The position numbers and the translations under genes were made by a program. Of a DNA stretch of 64,000 nt, positions 1 to 10,550 are shown piece after piece. The stretch's first letter is position 1, and every line of letters begins with the position of its first letter. Under the pieces are notes generated by a model. The model saw nothing but the letters and a program-made list of their open reading frames with translations, was not told the origin of the DNA and made no database searches. Source of the stretch: Gemmatimonadota bacterium (GTDB lineage: Bacteria > Gemmatimonadota > Gemmatimonadetes > Palauibacterales > Palauibacteraceae); the NCBI GenBank assembly GCA_039588275.1, contig JBDHAC010000003.1, forward strand, positions 17,707-81,706, given 5' to 3'.

Positions 1-515
1 TCAAGATCAACTGTGTGGTTCTGCGCGGGCTCAACGATGATGAACTGCTGGACTTCGCGGCCATCACCCGAGAGCGGCCGTGGCACGTGCGGTTCATCGA
101 GCTCATGCCCGTAGGTCGCAACCTGCACCTGACCGACCGGTTCGTCTCGGCTGACGAGATCCTGGAGCGGATCGCTTCCATCGACGCCATTGATCCGGTG
201 GCCGGCCCCATGGGGAACGGCCCGGCACGCTACTATCGTTTCCCGAATGCGAAGGGCACGGTCGGCGTGATCACGCCCCTCTCGCACAACTATTGTGAGC
301 GGTGCAACCGGATGCGGCTCACCGCGGACGGCAGACTTCGAACCTGCCTCTTCGGTGATCACGAAGTGGATCTCAAGACGCCGCTACGTGAGACCGGCCG
401 GATCGACGCGGCGGTCCGCGAAGCGCTGGCCGAAAAACCGGAGCGCCACTATCTGCAGCTGGGCAACGTGTCGGGGAGCGGCGGGTTGGCCGCCCTCAGC
501 GAAGTGGGCGGCTGA
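1..515 (+). CDS. moaA: GTP 3',8-cyclase MoaA, C-terminal part (5' end lies outside the window)
   Basis: The frame is open from the window edge. The translation (INCVVLRGLNDDEL, HNYCERCNRMRLTADGRLRTCLF) is typical of the MoaA C-terminal domain. Confidence 0.8.
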   Translation, partial: KINCVVLRGLNDDELLDFAAITRERPWHVRFIELMPVGRNLHLTDRFVSADEILERIASIDAIDPVAGPMGNGPARYYRFPNAKGTVGVITPLSHNYCERCNRMRLTADGRLRTCLFGDHEVDLKTPLRETGRIDAAVREALAEKPERHYLQLGNVSGSGGLAALSEVGG

Positions 516-546
516 GCCGCGTGGCCCGGCGCAACAGGAGTGAACG

Positions 547-783
547 ATGACCTACGAGGACAGAGAGCGGCACCGGGTGCTCGTGGACAAGCTGGCGGCC
601 CTGCGAGAGAGCCTGGAGTCCGGTGAATCGGACACCCCCGTCACGCGTGAAGAGGCCCTGGTGTTGGTGGCTCTCCTCGATGAGATCGCGGACAGGCTGA
701 GCCCCCAACGCATGGACCGTTTGATGGAGACCGTCGCCGACGAAGCTTCGCGTCGGGCGGGCGCTCTGGCGCCCTCGCGCTAG
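547..783 (+). CDS. small hypothetical protein (78 aa), acidic and helical
   Basis: ATG is preceded by caggag 8 nt upstream. Coding-like codon usage. No recognisable family. Confidence 0.4.
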   Translation: MTYEDRERHRVLVDKLAALRESLESGESDTPVTREEALVLVALLDEIADRLSPQRMDRLMETVADEASRRAGALAPSR

Positions 784-982
784 CGCCGGCCGCCTCGCGG
801 AAGACGGCTCGAAGCGGGCGACATTCTCTCACCGGGACCCGCCATTGCCGGGCCCACTGAACCCCCCTAGAGTGCTGCAGGAAGGTGTCGCGGGACTCCG
901 CCGGCACCGGATCAGCGGGCGGGTCGTCGCCTGAGGCGCGATCGCCCAACGCCTGCCCCTAAAACGATTTGAGGGACTCACC

Positions 983-1921
983 GTGGACAGGATAACAGTC
1001 GTAGGAGCCGGTCACGTGGGGGCCACTGCGGCTCAACGCATCGCGGAGCGCGAGCTGGCCCGCGAAGTCGTGGTGGTCGACATCATCGAAGGACTTCCGG
1101 AAGGGAAGGCGCTGGACCAGTGGGAATCCGCCCCCGTGGAGGGATTCGACACGCGCGTGGTCGGGGCGCAGACGTACGAAGAGACCGCAGGTTCCGGGAT
1201 CTACGTCGTCACGGCCGGACTGGCGCGGAAACCGGGTATGAGCCGGGACGACCTGGTCACGAAGAACGCCGCAATCATCCAGACGATCTCGGAGCAGATC
1301 CGGGCCCACAGTCCGGACGCGATCATCATCATGGTCACCAACCCGCTGGATGTGATGAGCTACGTGGCCAAGGAAGTGACGGGGTTCCCGCGCGAGCGTG
1401 TGGTCGGGATGGCGGGGATCCTCGATACGGCACGATTCCGCGCGTTCATCGCGACGGAATTGGATGTGAGCGTAGAGGACATCCAGGCGCTCGTGCTGGG
1501 CGGGCATGGCGACAGCATGGTCCCGATCGTCAGCACAGTGTCGGTGGGTGGCATCCCGTTGACCGAGTTGCTGCCGGCCGACCGCATAGAGGCGTTGGTC
1601 GAGCGGACTCGCAAAGGTGGGGGAGAGATCGTCGGGCTGCTCAAGACGGGCAGCGCGTATTACGCGCCCTCGGCCGCCTCGACCCAGATGGTGGAAGCGA
1701 TCGTGCGCGACAAGCGTCGCGTGCTTCCGTGCGCGGTGTGGCTGGAGGGCGAGTACGGTCTTGACGGCCTCTTCATCGGTGCGCCCTGCAAGCTCGGACG
1801 CGGCGGCATGGAGGGAGTCTTCGAGGTCTCGCTCACGGACGAGGAATTGGCGGCACTCCACCGATCCGCCGAGGATGTCCGGGAGACGATGGGCGTTGTC
1901 GAGCTCCAGCCGGTCGCCTAG
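983..1921 (+). CDS. mdh: malate dehydrogenase (LDH-like MDH family)
   Basis: N-terminal Rossmann motif ITVVGAGHVGAT, with IIMVTNPLD and LDTARFR motifs. GTG start with gaggga RBS. Confidence 0.85.
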   Translation: MDRITVVGAGHVGATAAQRIAERELAREVVVVDIIEGLPEGKALDQWESAPVEGFDTRVVGAQTYEETAGSGIYVVTAGLARKPGMSRDDLVTKNAAIIQTISEQIRAHSPDAIIIMVTNPLDVMSYVAKEVTGFPRERVVGMAGILDTARFRAFIATELDVSVEDIQALVLGGHGDSMVPIVSTVSVGGIPLTELLPADRIEALVERTRKGGGEIVGLLKTGSAYYAPSAASTQMVEAIVRDKRRVLPCAVWLEGEYGLDGLFIGAPCKLGRGGMEGVFEVSLTDEELAALHRSAEDVRETMGVVELQPVA

Positions 1922-3366
1922 GTGATCGGCACCTCGGACTCATGGAGGGGGCGCTCGACGGTAATCTCGGGCGCCTGCTCCAGTACTACGACCTCGGGAG
2001 CGGCCAGAGGTGCCCAGGCCGCGTCCCACAAGACCTCGACCGTGGGGCGCATCAGGTTGCCGGGATTCGTGGCAACGACACGGCCTATCGAGCCCGTGCT
2101 CAACTTCACGTAGCTATCGAGCGGGAATACGGAGATCTCGTTCGCGAGCGCGTCGACGATCCGCCGATCGAATTGCTCGTCCCGCATCGCGATCACCTTC
2201 TCGAGCGCCTCGAATGCGGTGAACGGCGAGCGGTACCCGCGCGCGTGCGAGCACGCCTCGAACACGTCGGCCACCCCCAAGATCTGCGCGATGTCGTCGA
2301 TCTGGTCGTCGGCCAGACCATCCGGATAGCCACCCCCGCGGATTCGCTCGTGCTCCTGCCGGATCGCCTTCTGTAGCCAGTCGAACCCGGGCCCGAGCTC
2401 CGCGACGACCTCGGCCCCGAGGACCGGGTGCTGCTGCATCTCTTCCCGCTCCTCGTCGGTGAGCGGTCCTTCTTTCTCGAGGATGCGGTCGGGCAGGCGA
2501 GCCATTCCTATGTCGTGCAAGAGTCCCGCCTGAATGACCTGCAGCGTTCGGTCGAGCGCGAAATCGAGACCGAGCGCGATCTTGGCGGCGAAGATCGCGA
2601 CGTTGGCGCAATGCGTGTCGATCTCGAACCGCTTGTAGGGCTCGAGAGCCCGGATCAAGAGCAGATTGCTCTGGAGCAGAGACGTATGAAGCCTCTCCGC
2701 GAGCATGCGCGCCTGGTTCATGTCCGGGTGCTCGCCTCGCCCCGCGCCCTCGAGCGCCTTTCGGGCGTAGGCGACCGCATCCGCGTACAGCGGACGGGCG
2801 CTGAACCGGGCTGGTCGACGCACCTGAAGCGAGGGGTCCGAAACGGTCTTCGAAGAGGCCGCTTCTGCGCTCTGATCGAGCAGCGTCAGGCAGAGGGCGA
2901 TGAGCGTCTCCGGCCGGAAGGGACGCGCCAGGAAGTGCTCCTGCCCCTGATCTTCGCCGTTTTCGACCGAAGCCTCGCCCCCTCGTGCGAGGAGCGCGAG
3001 GAGCGCGGGCGGCGTACCCTCGGCACAGGACCCGACCGCGACGCGGAAGTCGCGGGGGTCGGTCCCCGTGTTGGCGTGGTCGAAGACGACCAGCTCGACA
3101 CCACCTCCAGCGATCCACGCCAAAGCGGCATCCGGATCCTTGAAGACCGCCGCCTCAGGATCGACGCGGCGAAGCGCCTCGCGGACCGGCTCATCCAGGT
3201 CAGGTCGTCCCGCGAGCAACGCGACGACCCGGCTGCCTGTCGCGGTGGCTCCCATCTCCCCCATCACACCTCCGTTGGTGCAGCGGTCGCGAACTTCGCG
3301 CACGACAGTGGCGATACGCCATACGATAACCTGTGGCAGGTCGCTGAAAAACTCGGCGACCTGCAT
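1918..3366 (-). CDS. HD-GYP domain c-di-GMP phosphodiesterase with degenerate N-terminal receiver-like domain (start uncertain)
   Basis: LLHDIGMARLP (HD) and RIRGGGYPDGL (GYP) motifs. The N-terminal 150 aa are receiver-like. Convergent with mdh, with a 4-nt overlap. Confidence 0.65.
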   Translation of the reverse strand: MQVAEFFSDLPQVIVWRIATVVREVRDRCTNGGVMGEMGATATGSRVVALLAGRPDLDEPVREALRRVDPEAAVFKDPDAALAWIAGGGVELVVFDHANTGTDPRDFRVAVGSCAEGTPPALLALLARGGEASVENGEDQGQEHFLARPFRPETLIALCLTLLDQSAEAASSKTVSDPSLQVRRPARFSARPLYADAVAYARKALEGAGRGEHPDMNQARMLAERLHTSLLQSNLLLIRALEPYKRFEIDTHCANVAIFAAKIALGLDFALDRTLQVIQAGLLHDIGMARLPDRILEKEGPLTDEEREEMQQHPVLGAEVVAELGPGFDWLQKAIRQEHERIRGGGYPDGLADDQIDDIAQILGVADVFEACSHARGYRSPFTAFEALEKVIAMRDEQFDRRIVDALANEISVFPLDSYVKLSTGSIGRVVATNPGNLMRPTVEVLWDAAWAPLAAPEVVVLEQAPEITVERPLHESEVPIT

Positions 3367-3401
3367 GGTGCGCGGACACGCTCGCGTCCTAGGTTAAGAA
3401 G

Positions 3402-3794
3402 ATGCACAGATCGTTCCTCTCGATCGGCTTTATCCTGGGGTTTGCGGGTGTGGCCGCCGGCGCCTTTGGCGCGCATGCCTTGGGCGACGCGCTCGGCCCG
3501 GATCGGATCCGGACATTCGAGACCGCGGTTCGCTACCAACTATTCCACGCGCTCGCTCTCTTCGGGATCGGGCTCGCGTCGGCTCGCTGGCCCGTTCGCG
3601 GATGGAAGGGCACCGGGGCTCTCATGACCGCTGGCACGGTATTGTTCTCGGGTAGTCTGTACGCGCTCTCCCTCTTGGACGTCGCGATCTTCGGTGCCGT
3701 GGCTCCGATCGGTGGAGTGAGTCTTCTCGCCGGGTGGCTCCTGGGACTCGCGACCGCGTGGCGCCTCCCGCTGGAGAGCTTCGACGGTCGCTAG
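3402..3794 (+). CDS. DUF423 family small membrane protein
   Basis: Four TM helices with GAFGAHAL and [10 protein letters not shown] motifs. Confidence 0.6.
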   Translation: MHRSFLSIGFILGFAGVAAGAFGAHALGDALGPDRIRTFETAVRYQLFHALALFGIGLASARWPVRGWKGTGALMTAGTVLFSGSLYALSLLDVAIFGAVAPIGGVSLLAGWLLGLATAWRLPLESFDGR

Positions 3795-4345
3795 AGCTTG
3801 GGCGGCGTGACTCCGACCTGTTTCTGGTACTTTCCTTTCTTGTCCGCGTAGCTGACCTCGCACGCTTCGTCCGACTCGAAGAAGAGCACCTGGGCGATCC
3901 CTTCGTTGGCGTAGATTCGGGCCGGAAGTGGGGTCGTGTTACTGATCTCCAGCGTCACGTACCCCTCCCACTCGGGCTCGAACGGGGTCACGTTCGTGAT
4001 GATCCCACACCGCGCGTAGGTGCTTTTCCCCACACAGATGGTGAGCACGTTTCTCGGGATCCTGAAGTACTCCACCGATCTGGCGAGTGCGAAGGAGTTG
4101 GGCGGGATGAGGCAGATATCCCCCTTGTACTCGACGAACGACCGATTGTCGAACGCCTTGGGGTCCACGACGGGAGCGAGGGCGTTGTGAAAGATCCTGA
4201 ACTCGTCCGCGACGCGCATGTCATACCCGTAGCTGCTGACACCGAACGAGATGACGCCCTCCCGGACCTGCCTGTCTTCGAACGGCTCGATCATGCCCTC
4301 GTTGAGTGCCTTGTCTCGGATCCATCGGTCGCTCTTGATCGTCAT
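3791..4345 (-). CDS. dcd: dCTP deaminase
   Basis: [22 protein letters not shown] and SSYGYDMRV motifs. Confidence 0.85.
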   Translation of the reverse strand: MTIKSDRWIRDKALNEGMIEPFEDRQVREGVISFGVSSYGYDMRVADEFRIFHNALAPVVDPKAFDNRSFVEYKGDICLIPPNSFALARSVEYFRIPRNVLTICVGKSTYARCGIITNVTPFEPEWEGYVTLEISNTTPLPARIYANEGIAQVLFFESDEACEVSYADKKGKYQKQVGVTPPKL

Positions 4346-5253
4346 CGATTCTCGTCTCTACTCCGTATCGGTTCCACTTCGTCCCACACCGCGGCAATCG
4401 CTCCGGCGACCACCTCCGGCACTTGCTCGGGAAGCACGTGCCCGCCGTCGCGGATCAGCCGCAGCGGCGCCGCGAGGCGCTCCGCGAGCCTCTCGGCCAG
4501 TTCGAGCTCGATGCGGGGATCGTGCTCTCCGACGATGACCCGCATCGCGAGGGAGTGCTCCGGCAACCGGTGCTCGATCTCCGCCGGCTGCCAATCGGCC
4601 AGCAGGCGCATCAGCGCCAGAACGCGCGCGCTCTCCGCGTACGGCTCGCAGTAAGCGTTCAGCGTGCCGGCCGGGACCTGAGCCGCGGGGCCGAACGCGC
4701 GAGCGAGTATCAAACGGGCCAGGGGTCGCCGGAGCGGCCGAAAGATGCCGGCGCCGATTCGTCGCATCAAGCCCGACCGGAGCAGGGCGAGCGTCAAAGG
4801 TCGGCGAGTCCACGGGGTGACCGGGCTGCACAACACCAGTCCGCGAATCCGGGGTTCCTGCTGCGCGAGCCCAAGAGCGACCGCCGCACCCTGCGAATGC
4901 CCGGCGACCACCTGCGGGGCACCTCCGAGCCCGCGGATCAGCTCGCGGGCCCGCCGCAGCTCATCCTCCAGCCGGTAAGGCAAATCGGGGCGGGCCGTCG
5001 ACCGCCCCCTGCTGAGGAGGTCGGGGATCCAGAACGTCTGGCGGTGGGCCAGAAGACGGGCCACCGGGAGCCACGTGCCTCCGTGCGCGCTCAGGCCGTG
5101 AAGACACAAAACCGGGGCGCCCCGGCCCAGGACCCGTACTCGTATGCGCCCGTCCGTGATCTCAATGTCGCGCTGTTCCACGTCTATCCTCGGCCCCATC
5201 GCTCGGCCCCAAGCCTCGCCGCGGAAGCTCCCTCTGACCTGGTAACCTCGCAA
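4342..5253 (-). CDS. alpha/beta hydrolase fold protein
   Basis: [11 protein letters not shown], with the nucleophile elbow [12 protein letters not shown]. Confidence 0.65.
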   Translation of the reverse strand: MRGYQVRGSFRGEAWGRAMGPRIDVEQRDIEITDGRIRVRVLGRGAPVLCLHGLSAHGGTWLPVARLLAHRQTFWIPDLLSRGRSTARPDLPYRLEDELRRARELIRGLGGAPQVVAGHSQGAAVALGLAQQEPRIRGLVLCSPVTPWTRRPLTLALLRSGLMRRIGAGIFRPLRRPLARLILARAFGPAAQVPAGTLNAYCEPYAESARVLALMRLLADWQPAEIEHRLPEHSLAMRVIVGEHDPRIELELAERLAERLAAPLRLIRDGGHVLPEQVPEVVAGAIAAVWDEVEPIRSRDENR

Positions 5254-5356
5254 CCGTGCGAGACCGTCAAAAGGAGGGGAAGGACCTTGCGGCGGCCCCC
5301 CTCGCTCCGTTTCTTGCCGGCTCGCAGACCCGACGATAACTTCGCTCTCCGAGCAA

Positions 5357-5370
5357 GTGAATTATTTCAC
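5357..5370. promoter_or_regulatory. perfect inverted repeat GTGAA-N4-TTCAC immediately upstream of the nuoA RBS
   Basis: The sequence gtgaattatttcac is followed by aaggag and GTG. Confidence 0.35.
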
Positions 5371-5385
5371 AAGGAGCGCCGACGC

Positions 5386-5742
5386 GTGCTCGACCCGTAT
5401 CTGGGCATCCTCATCCTCGGAGTGGTCGGCGTCCTCAACGCCGCTGTGATTCTGGGTCTCTCACATCTCATCGGTGCTCGGCGTCCGACCTCCATCAAGG
5501 CGAGTCCGTACGAGTCCGGGATCGATCCGCTCGGCAACACGAGGGAACGTTTCTCGGTGAATTTCTACATCGTGGCGATGTTGTTCATCGTCCTCGACAT
5601 CGAGACTCTCTTCCTGGTTCCGTGGGCATCCGTGTTCCGGCAGTTCGGTCTCGTCGGGTTCCTGGAGGTGACGGTCTTCCTGCTGGTACTCGGCGTCGGT
5701 CTCTTTTACGCGTGGCGAAAAGGGGCATTGGAGTGGGACTGA
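5386..5742 (+). CDS. nuoA: NADH-quinone oxidoreductase subunit A
   Basis: YESGIDPLG and FIVLDIETLFLVPWA motifs. GTG start with aaggag RBS 9 nt upstream. The alternative in-frame TTG at 5287 has a stronger SD (aaaaggagggga). Confidence 0.8.
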   Translation: MLDPYLGILILGVVGVLNAAVILGLSHLIGARRPTSIKASPYESGIDPLGNTRERFSVNFYIVAMLFIVLDIETLFLVPWASVFRQFGLVGFLEVTVFLLVLGVGLFYAWRKGALEWD

Positions 5743-5758
5743 GGGGCAGGAAGCGTAG

Positions 5759-6445
5759 ATGACGAAGCTCGACGTGCTGCCGACCGACGCCGGCGTGGAC
5801 ACGGGGATTCCACGGAGCTGGGTGACCACGCGGCTGGACTACGTCATCAACTGGGCACGGCGCAACTCGCTGTGGCCGATGCCGTTCGGCACCGCGTGTT
5901 GTGCGATCGAAATGATGGCGGCGGCCGCCTCCAAATACGACATCGGGCGGTTCGGCATGGAGCGCATGTCCTTCACGCCCCGTCAGGCGGATCTGATGAT
6001 CGTGGCCGGCCGCGTGACCTACAAGCTCGCTCCCGTGATGCGCAGAATCTGGGACCAGATGCCCCAACCGAAGTGGTGCGTTTCCATGGGGGCGTGTGCG
6101 AGTTCGGGTGGCATGTTCGACAACTACACCATCGTTCAGGGGATCGACACCATCATCCCGGTCGACGTGTACGTGCCGGGGTGTCCGCCGCGCCCCGAGG
6201 GCCTCATGTACGGCCTCCTGATGATCCAGGAGAAGATCAAAGGTGAGTCGCTGGCCCATCCGGTCGCACGAACGGAATCCCCGGACGCGGTGGGCCGTCC
6301 CAACCTGCCGCCCGATGCCATCGAGCTCGTTGCCCAACCCTTCGGGAACTCAACGAAGCAAAACCGCATCAGCGGGCTCTCGGCGACCTCGGCCGTCGCG
6401 CGGGAGCGCGACCGTATCGAGCGCCTCATGGAGCACCGAGAGTAG
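5759..6445 (+). CDS. nuoB: NADH-quinone oxidoreductase subunit B (with about 60-aa C-terminal tail)
   Basis: [22 protein letters not shown] and GCPPRPE (N2 cluster ligands) motifs. Confidence 0.9.
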   Translation: MTKLDVLPTDAGVDTGIPRSWVTTRLDYVINWARRNSLWPMPFGTACCAIEMMAAAASKYDIGRFGMERMSFTPRQADLMIVAGRVTYKLAPVMRRIWDQMPQPKWCVSMGACASSGGMFDNYTIVQGIDTIIPVDVYVPGCPPRPEGLMYGLLMIQEKIKGESLAHPVARTESPDAVGRPNLPPDAIELVAQPFGNSTKQNRISGLSATSAVARERDRIERLMEHRE

Positions 6446-6466
6446 ACGCCAGCGCGACCGGGACTC

Positions 6467-8317
6467 ATGCCGACGACCGTCGCACCCGAGCTGCGGAAGC
6501 TGATCCGGGCCGAGCCCCGGACAGAGGAGGATCTGTCCGAGCACCCTTCGATCCGGGCGCTGCAGGAAACGTTCGCCGGTGCGGTCCGCGACGTCACCCG
6601 GGATGCGCTCGGCTATCCCGTCGCGTGGATCGAGCCCGCTCGTAACCACGACGTCCTGCGCTTCCTGCGGGACGACCCGGAGCAGACCTTCGATCTTCTG
6701 GCCGACGTCACCGGAGTGGACGTCGGAGGCGGAGCCCCGATTCAGGTATGGTACCAGCTGTGGTCGATGCAGCATGGCCGCCAACTGCGAGTGGTCTGCG
6801 AGGTACCGCTATCGGATCTGACGCTCGCCACCGTGACGGATCTGTGGCGTACCGCAGATTGGCTGGAACGCGAGGCCTTCGACATGTTCGGCGTGACATT
6901 CGAAGGGCATCCCGACCTGCGGCGGATCTTGATGCCGGAGAACTACGAGGAGGGGTTCCCGCTCCGGAAGGACTTCCCGCTGCGCGGGCGGTTCAGCCGC
7001 TCGGAGCAGGTCCGTCGCTGCCTGAGTCGCAGCCTCGAGGATGTATACGCGACCGAAGAGCTGCAACTTGCGGGGTACGGCGATGAGTCGGTGTCGATGC
7101 GAGAGTTGAACGCCGACGAAGAGCCCGAGGATGCGCTGGAAGATCGGCTCGAGGGCGAGCCGATGCTCATCAACATGGGTCCCCAGCACCCGGCGACTCA
7201 CGGCGTGTTGAGACTCGTGCTGCAGCTCGACGGCGAGCGCGTGATGCGGTGCATCCCACACGTCGGATACCTGCACACGGGGTTCGAGAAGACGTGCGAG
7301 TTCCGCGAGTGGAATCAAGTGGTGCCGTACACGGACCGCATGGATTACCTCGCACCCATGCTCTACAACATCGCGTACGCCGGGGCCGTCGAAGCGCTGC
7401 TCGGGGTCGAGATCACCGAGCGGTGCCGGGTTGTCCGCGTCATCCTGTCCGAGCTGAACCGGATCCTGGGTCACCTCCTGTGGCTCGGGACGACGGCGAT
7501 CGACCTGGGGGCGTTCACCGTCTTCCTGTACTCGTTCAAGGAGCGGGAGCGGATCTACAACCTGCACGAGGCCTACACCGGCGGCCGGATCACGACATCG
7601 GTCACCAGAGTCGGCGGCATGCTGGCGGATCTCCCCGTGGGGTGGGCCGATGCTTGTCGTGAGTTCGCGGAGAACTTCCGGTCGGTCCTCGACGAATGCG
7701 AGCGGCTCCTGAGCCGCAACGCCATCTGGATGGCTCGCACCCAGGACATCGGGATCATCGGACCCGATGAAGCCGTGAGCTACGGTCTGACCGGACCGAA
7801 CCTGCGCGCGAGCGGCGTGCCCTACGATGTGCGTAAGGCTCGCCCCTATCTGGGCTACGATCAGTACGATTTCGACGTCCCCGTCGGCGTGCACGGGGAC
7901 GTGTACGACCGATACATGGTCCGTATCGAAGAGATGCGGCAGAGCATCCACATCGTGGAGCAGGCACTCGCTCAACTCGTGGATGGCCCGATCAACGTCG
8001 ATGACTACCGCGTCGTACTGCCGCCGAAGAGCGAGGCCATGGGGTCCATCGACACGATGATCTCGCACTTCAAGCTCGTGATGGAGGGCATCCGCGTGCC
8101 GGCGGGAGAGACCTGGTACTCGATCGAGGCCTCCAAAGGCGAATTGGGCATCGGGATCGTGTCGGACGGAGGGACCAAGCCGGTCCGCTGCCGATTTAGG
8201 GGACCGTCGTTCATCAACATCGCGGCGCTCCCCTACCTGGTGGAGGGCGAGCTGGTCGCGGACGTGATCGCGTGCAACGCGTCGCTGGACGTCGTGCTGG
8301 GCGAGATCGACCGGTGA
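6467..8317 (+). CDS. nuoCD: NADH-quinone oxidoreductase fused subunits C and D
   Basis: N-terminal NuoC (30 kDa subunit) region followed by NuoD (INMGPQHPATHGVLRL, 49 kDa subunit) in one 616-aa frame. Confidence 0.9.
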   Translation: MPTTVAPELRKLIRAEPRTEEDLSEHPSIRALQETFAGAVRDVTRDALGYPVAWIEPARNHDVLRFLRDDPEQTFDLLADVTGVDVGGGAPIQVWYQLWSMQHGRQLRVVCEVPLSDLTLATVTDLWRTADWLEREAFDMFGVTFEGHPDLRRILMPENYEEGFPLRKDFPLRGRFSRSEQVRRCLSRSLEDVYATEELQLAGYGDESVSMRELNADEEPEDALEDRLEGEPMLINMGPQHPATHGVLRLVLQLDGERVMRCIPHVGYLHTGFEKTCEFREWNQVVPYTDRMDYLAPMLYNIAYAGAVEALLGVEITERCRVVRVILSELNRILGHLLWLGTTAIDLGAFTVFLYSFKERERIYNLHEAYTGGRITTSVTRVGGMLADLPVGWADACREFAENFRSVLDECERLLSRNAIWMARTQDIGIIGPDEAVSYGLTGPNLRASGVPYDVRKARPYLGYDQYDFDVPVGVHGDVYDRYMVRIEEMRQSIHIVEQALAQLVDGPINVDDYRVVLPPKSEAMGSIDTMISHFKLVMEGIRVPAGETWYSIEASKGELGIGIVSDGGTKPVRCRFRGPSFINIAALPYLVEGELVADVIACNASLDVVLGEIDR

Positions 8318-8345
8318 ACGTCCCCCTGCGCGGAGAGACAGGCGC

Positions 8346-8897
8346 ATGAGCAGGGATCTGCATCCAGCGGTCGCAGGCGCGCAGCCGTTTCAGCGGGCCG
8401 AGCGCGAAGCCGTCGAAGGTCCGCTCTTCGAGACGGCGGAGGGGCGCGATCGTCTGCAGAAGATCCTCAGCCGCTATCCGGTGAAGAAGGCGGCGTTGCT
8501 GCCGCTGCTCAATCTCGTACAAGAGAAGAAGGGTTGGATCTCGGCCGACGACATGGTGGAGGTGGCCGCCGCGCTGGACCTCACGCCCGCGCACGTCCGC
8601 TCGGTCGCCACCTTCTATACCATGTACAACAAGCACCCCGTCGGCCGACACCTCGTGCAGGTATGCACCTGCATCAGCTGTCACCTGAACCGCGGTGATG
8701 CCGTCCTCGAACGCTTCCTGGAAGAGATCGGTGTGCGAGAGGGAGAGACATCGGAGGACGGGAAGTTCACCGTGATCGAAGCGGAGTGCCTCGGCGCGTG
8801 CGGCTTCGCCACCGTCGTCCAGGTGAACGACGAGTACTACGAGAACGTGATGCCCGAGACGGTCGCCGAGATCGTCGAAGAGCTTCGAGGCCGGTAG
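8346..8897 (+). CDS. nuoE: NADH-quinone oxidoreductase subunit E
   Basis: CTCISCHL and AECLGACG 2Fe-2S thioredoxin-like motifs. Confidence 0.85.
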   Translation: MSRDLHPAVAGAQPFQRAEREAVEGPLFETAEGRDRLQKILSRYPVKKAALLPLLNLVQEKKGWISADDMVEVAAALDLTPAHVRSVATFYTMYNKHPVGRHLVQVCTCISCHLNRGDAVLERFLEEIGVREGETSEDGKFTVIEAECLGACGFATVVQVNDEYYENVMPETVAEIVEELRGR

Positions 8898-8907
8898 GCG
8901 AACGACG

Positions 8908-10197
8908 ATGGGATATCCCCACAGCCACGACTCGGAGACGACGACGCTCCTCTCCCGATATGTCGGAGACCCTGAAGCGAAGTCGCTCGACGGGTGGTTG
9001 GAGCGGGGTGGCTACCGGACGCTCCGCGATTCACTCGAGATGTCGCCGGATGACATCACGACGATCGTCAAGGAATCCGGACTCCGGGGGCGGGGCGGGG
9101 CGGGATTCCCGACCGGGCTCAAGTGGACGTTCATGCCCAAGGATTCCGGTGACCCTCACTACCTATGCTGCAACGCCGATGAGAGCGAACCGGGTGCTTT
9201 CAAGGATCGGGAGATCATGCGCTGGACGCCTCATCTTCTGATCGAAGGTTGTATGATCTCGGCGAGGGCGATCGGGGCGGAGCACGTCTACATCTACGTG
9301 CGAGGGGAGTTCTTCCCGGTCAGCCGCGTGCTCAACGATGCCGTCGTCGAGGCGTACGAAGCCGGCTTCATCGGCGAGGACATTCAGGGGAGCGGCTGGT
9401 CCTGCGATCTCACCGTCCACCTGGGCGCCGGCGCGTACATCGCGGGTGAAGAGACCGGGCTCATGAACTCCATCCAGGGCAATCGGGCCGAACCGTGGAT
9501 GAAGCCCCCGTTCCCGGCCCAGTCCGGCGTGTTCGGGATGCCGACGACGGTGAACAACGTCGAGACGCTTGCCAACGTCCCGATGATCGTGGAGAACGGG
9601 AGCGATTGGTACCGGCAGTGGGGCACCGAGAGGTCACCGGGCACGAAGCTGTGGTGTTGCTCCGGCCACCTGAAGCGTCCCGGCAACTACGAGCTCGAGC
9701 TCGGCATGCCGCTGAAGGACATCATCTACGACGTGTGTGGGGGGATCCCTGACGACCGAGCCCTGCGCGCGGTGATTCCGGGCGGTTCGTCCACGGCGTT
9801 TCTGACCGTCGATGAGCTGGACTGCTCGACCACCTACGAGGGACTCGCGGAGGCCGGAAGCTCGCTGGGCACGGCCTCGCCGATCGTGATGGACGAGAGC
9901 ACGTGTATCCTGCGCGCCATGCGTCGAATCGCGCAGTTCTATGCCCACGAATCGTGTGGCCAGTGCGTGCAATGCCGGGAGGGGACCTCGTGGGTGACGA
10001 AGATCCTGCGGCGCATCGAGGAAGGGGAGGGGCGGATGCAGGATCTGGACACATTGTACGAGCTGTGCGAGCAGCTAACGGGGCGGACGATCTGCGTGCT
10101 CGCGGACAGCGTCGTTTTTCCGCTCCGCTCGTCGCTGGACAAGTTCCGCGACGAGTACGAAGCACACATCAACACGAACTCGTGCACCGCGTCATGA
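8908..10197 (+). CDS. nuoF: NADH-quinone oxidoreductase subunit F
   Basis: GLRGRGGAGFPTGLKW FMN/NADH site, with ESCGQCVQCREG. Confidence 0.9.
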   Translation: MGYPHSHDSETTTLLSRYVGDPEAKSLDGWLERGGYRTLRDSLEMSPDDITTIVKESGLRGRGGAGFPTGLKWTFMPKDSGDPHYLCCNADESEPGAFKDREIMRWTPHLLIEGCMISARAIGAEHVYIYVRGEFFPVSRVLNDAVVEAYEAGFIGEDIQGSGWSCDLTVHLGAGAYIAGEETGLMNSIQGNRAEPWMKPPFPAQSGVFGMPTTVNNVETLANVPMIVENGSDWYRQWGTERSPGTKLWCCSGHLKRPGNYELELGMPLKDIIYDVCGGIPDDRALRAVIPGGSSTAFLTVDELDCSTTYEGLAEAGSSLGTASPIVMDESTCILRAMRRIAQFYAHESCGQCVQCREGTSWVTKILRRIEEGEGRMQDLDTLYELCEQLTGRTICVLADSVVFPLRSSLDKFRDEYEAHINTNSCTAS

Positions 10198-10550
10198 CGA
10201 GGCCGATGATCCTAACTCACGACACGGATATCCCGATGGTCCCGAGCGCCGGGCGGAGCTCCAGGCCGTGGCCAGCCTCCGCCCTCCCTCGGGGCTCGGA
10301 GCTCTCGTCGGATGAACGGTCGTTCGCGAGGACCGCCGGCTCCCGTCTCGGGGAGGAACTGCTGCCCGACTCCCCCAACACGGGAGGGAGGGCGTGACCT
10401 CCGCGAGACGACACTCGGATCGACGAGTGAGCGGAAGCCGGCGTGCGACGGGTGCTTGCCCCCGGGCGGAAACCGGCCGGGCGAGAGCAGGCTTCGGATC
10501 TGCAAGTCCTCGAGCGGGGGTCGCGTCCTCCCTCCAGCACCAGGTGTGGC

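Noticed and set aside
4423-5742. 439-aa ORF running through the hydrolase gene antisense and into nuoA
   Set aside because: Only the last 118 codons match NuoA. The upstream part is antisense to a good alpha/beta hydrolase gene and looks like a GC-driven open frame.
6809-8347. Long antisense ORFs opposite the nuo genes and others (e.g. 6809-8347, 10212-11564, 15065-16453, 24804-26360, 38767-41484, 41454-43136, 44481-46154, 49862-51253)
   Set aside because: These are typical of about 70% GC DNA. The translations are Arg/Pro/Gly-rich with no motifs, and the sense strands carry strongly recognisable conserved genes.
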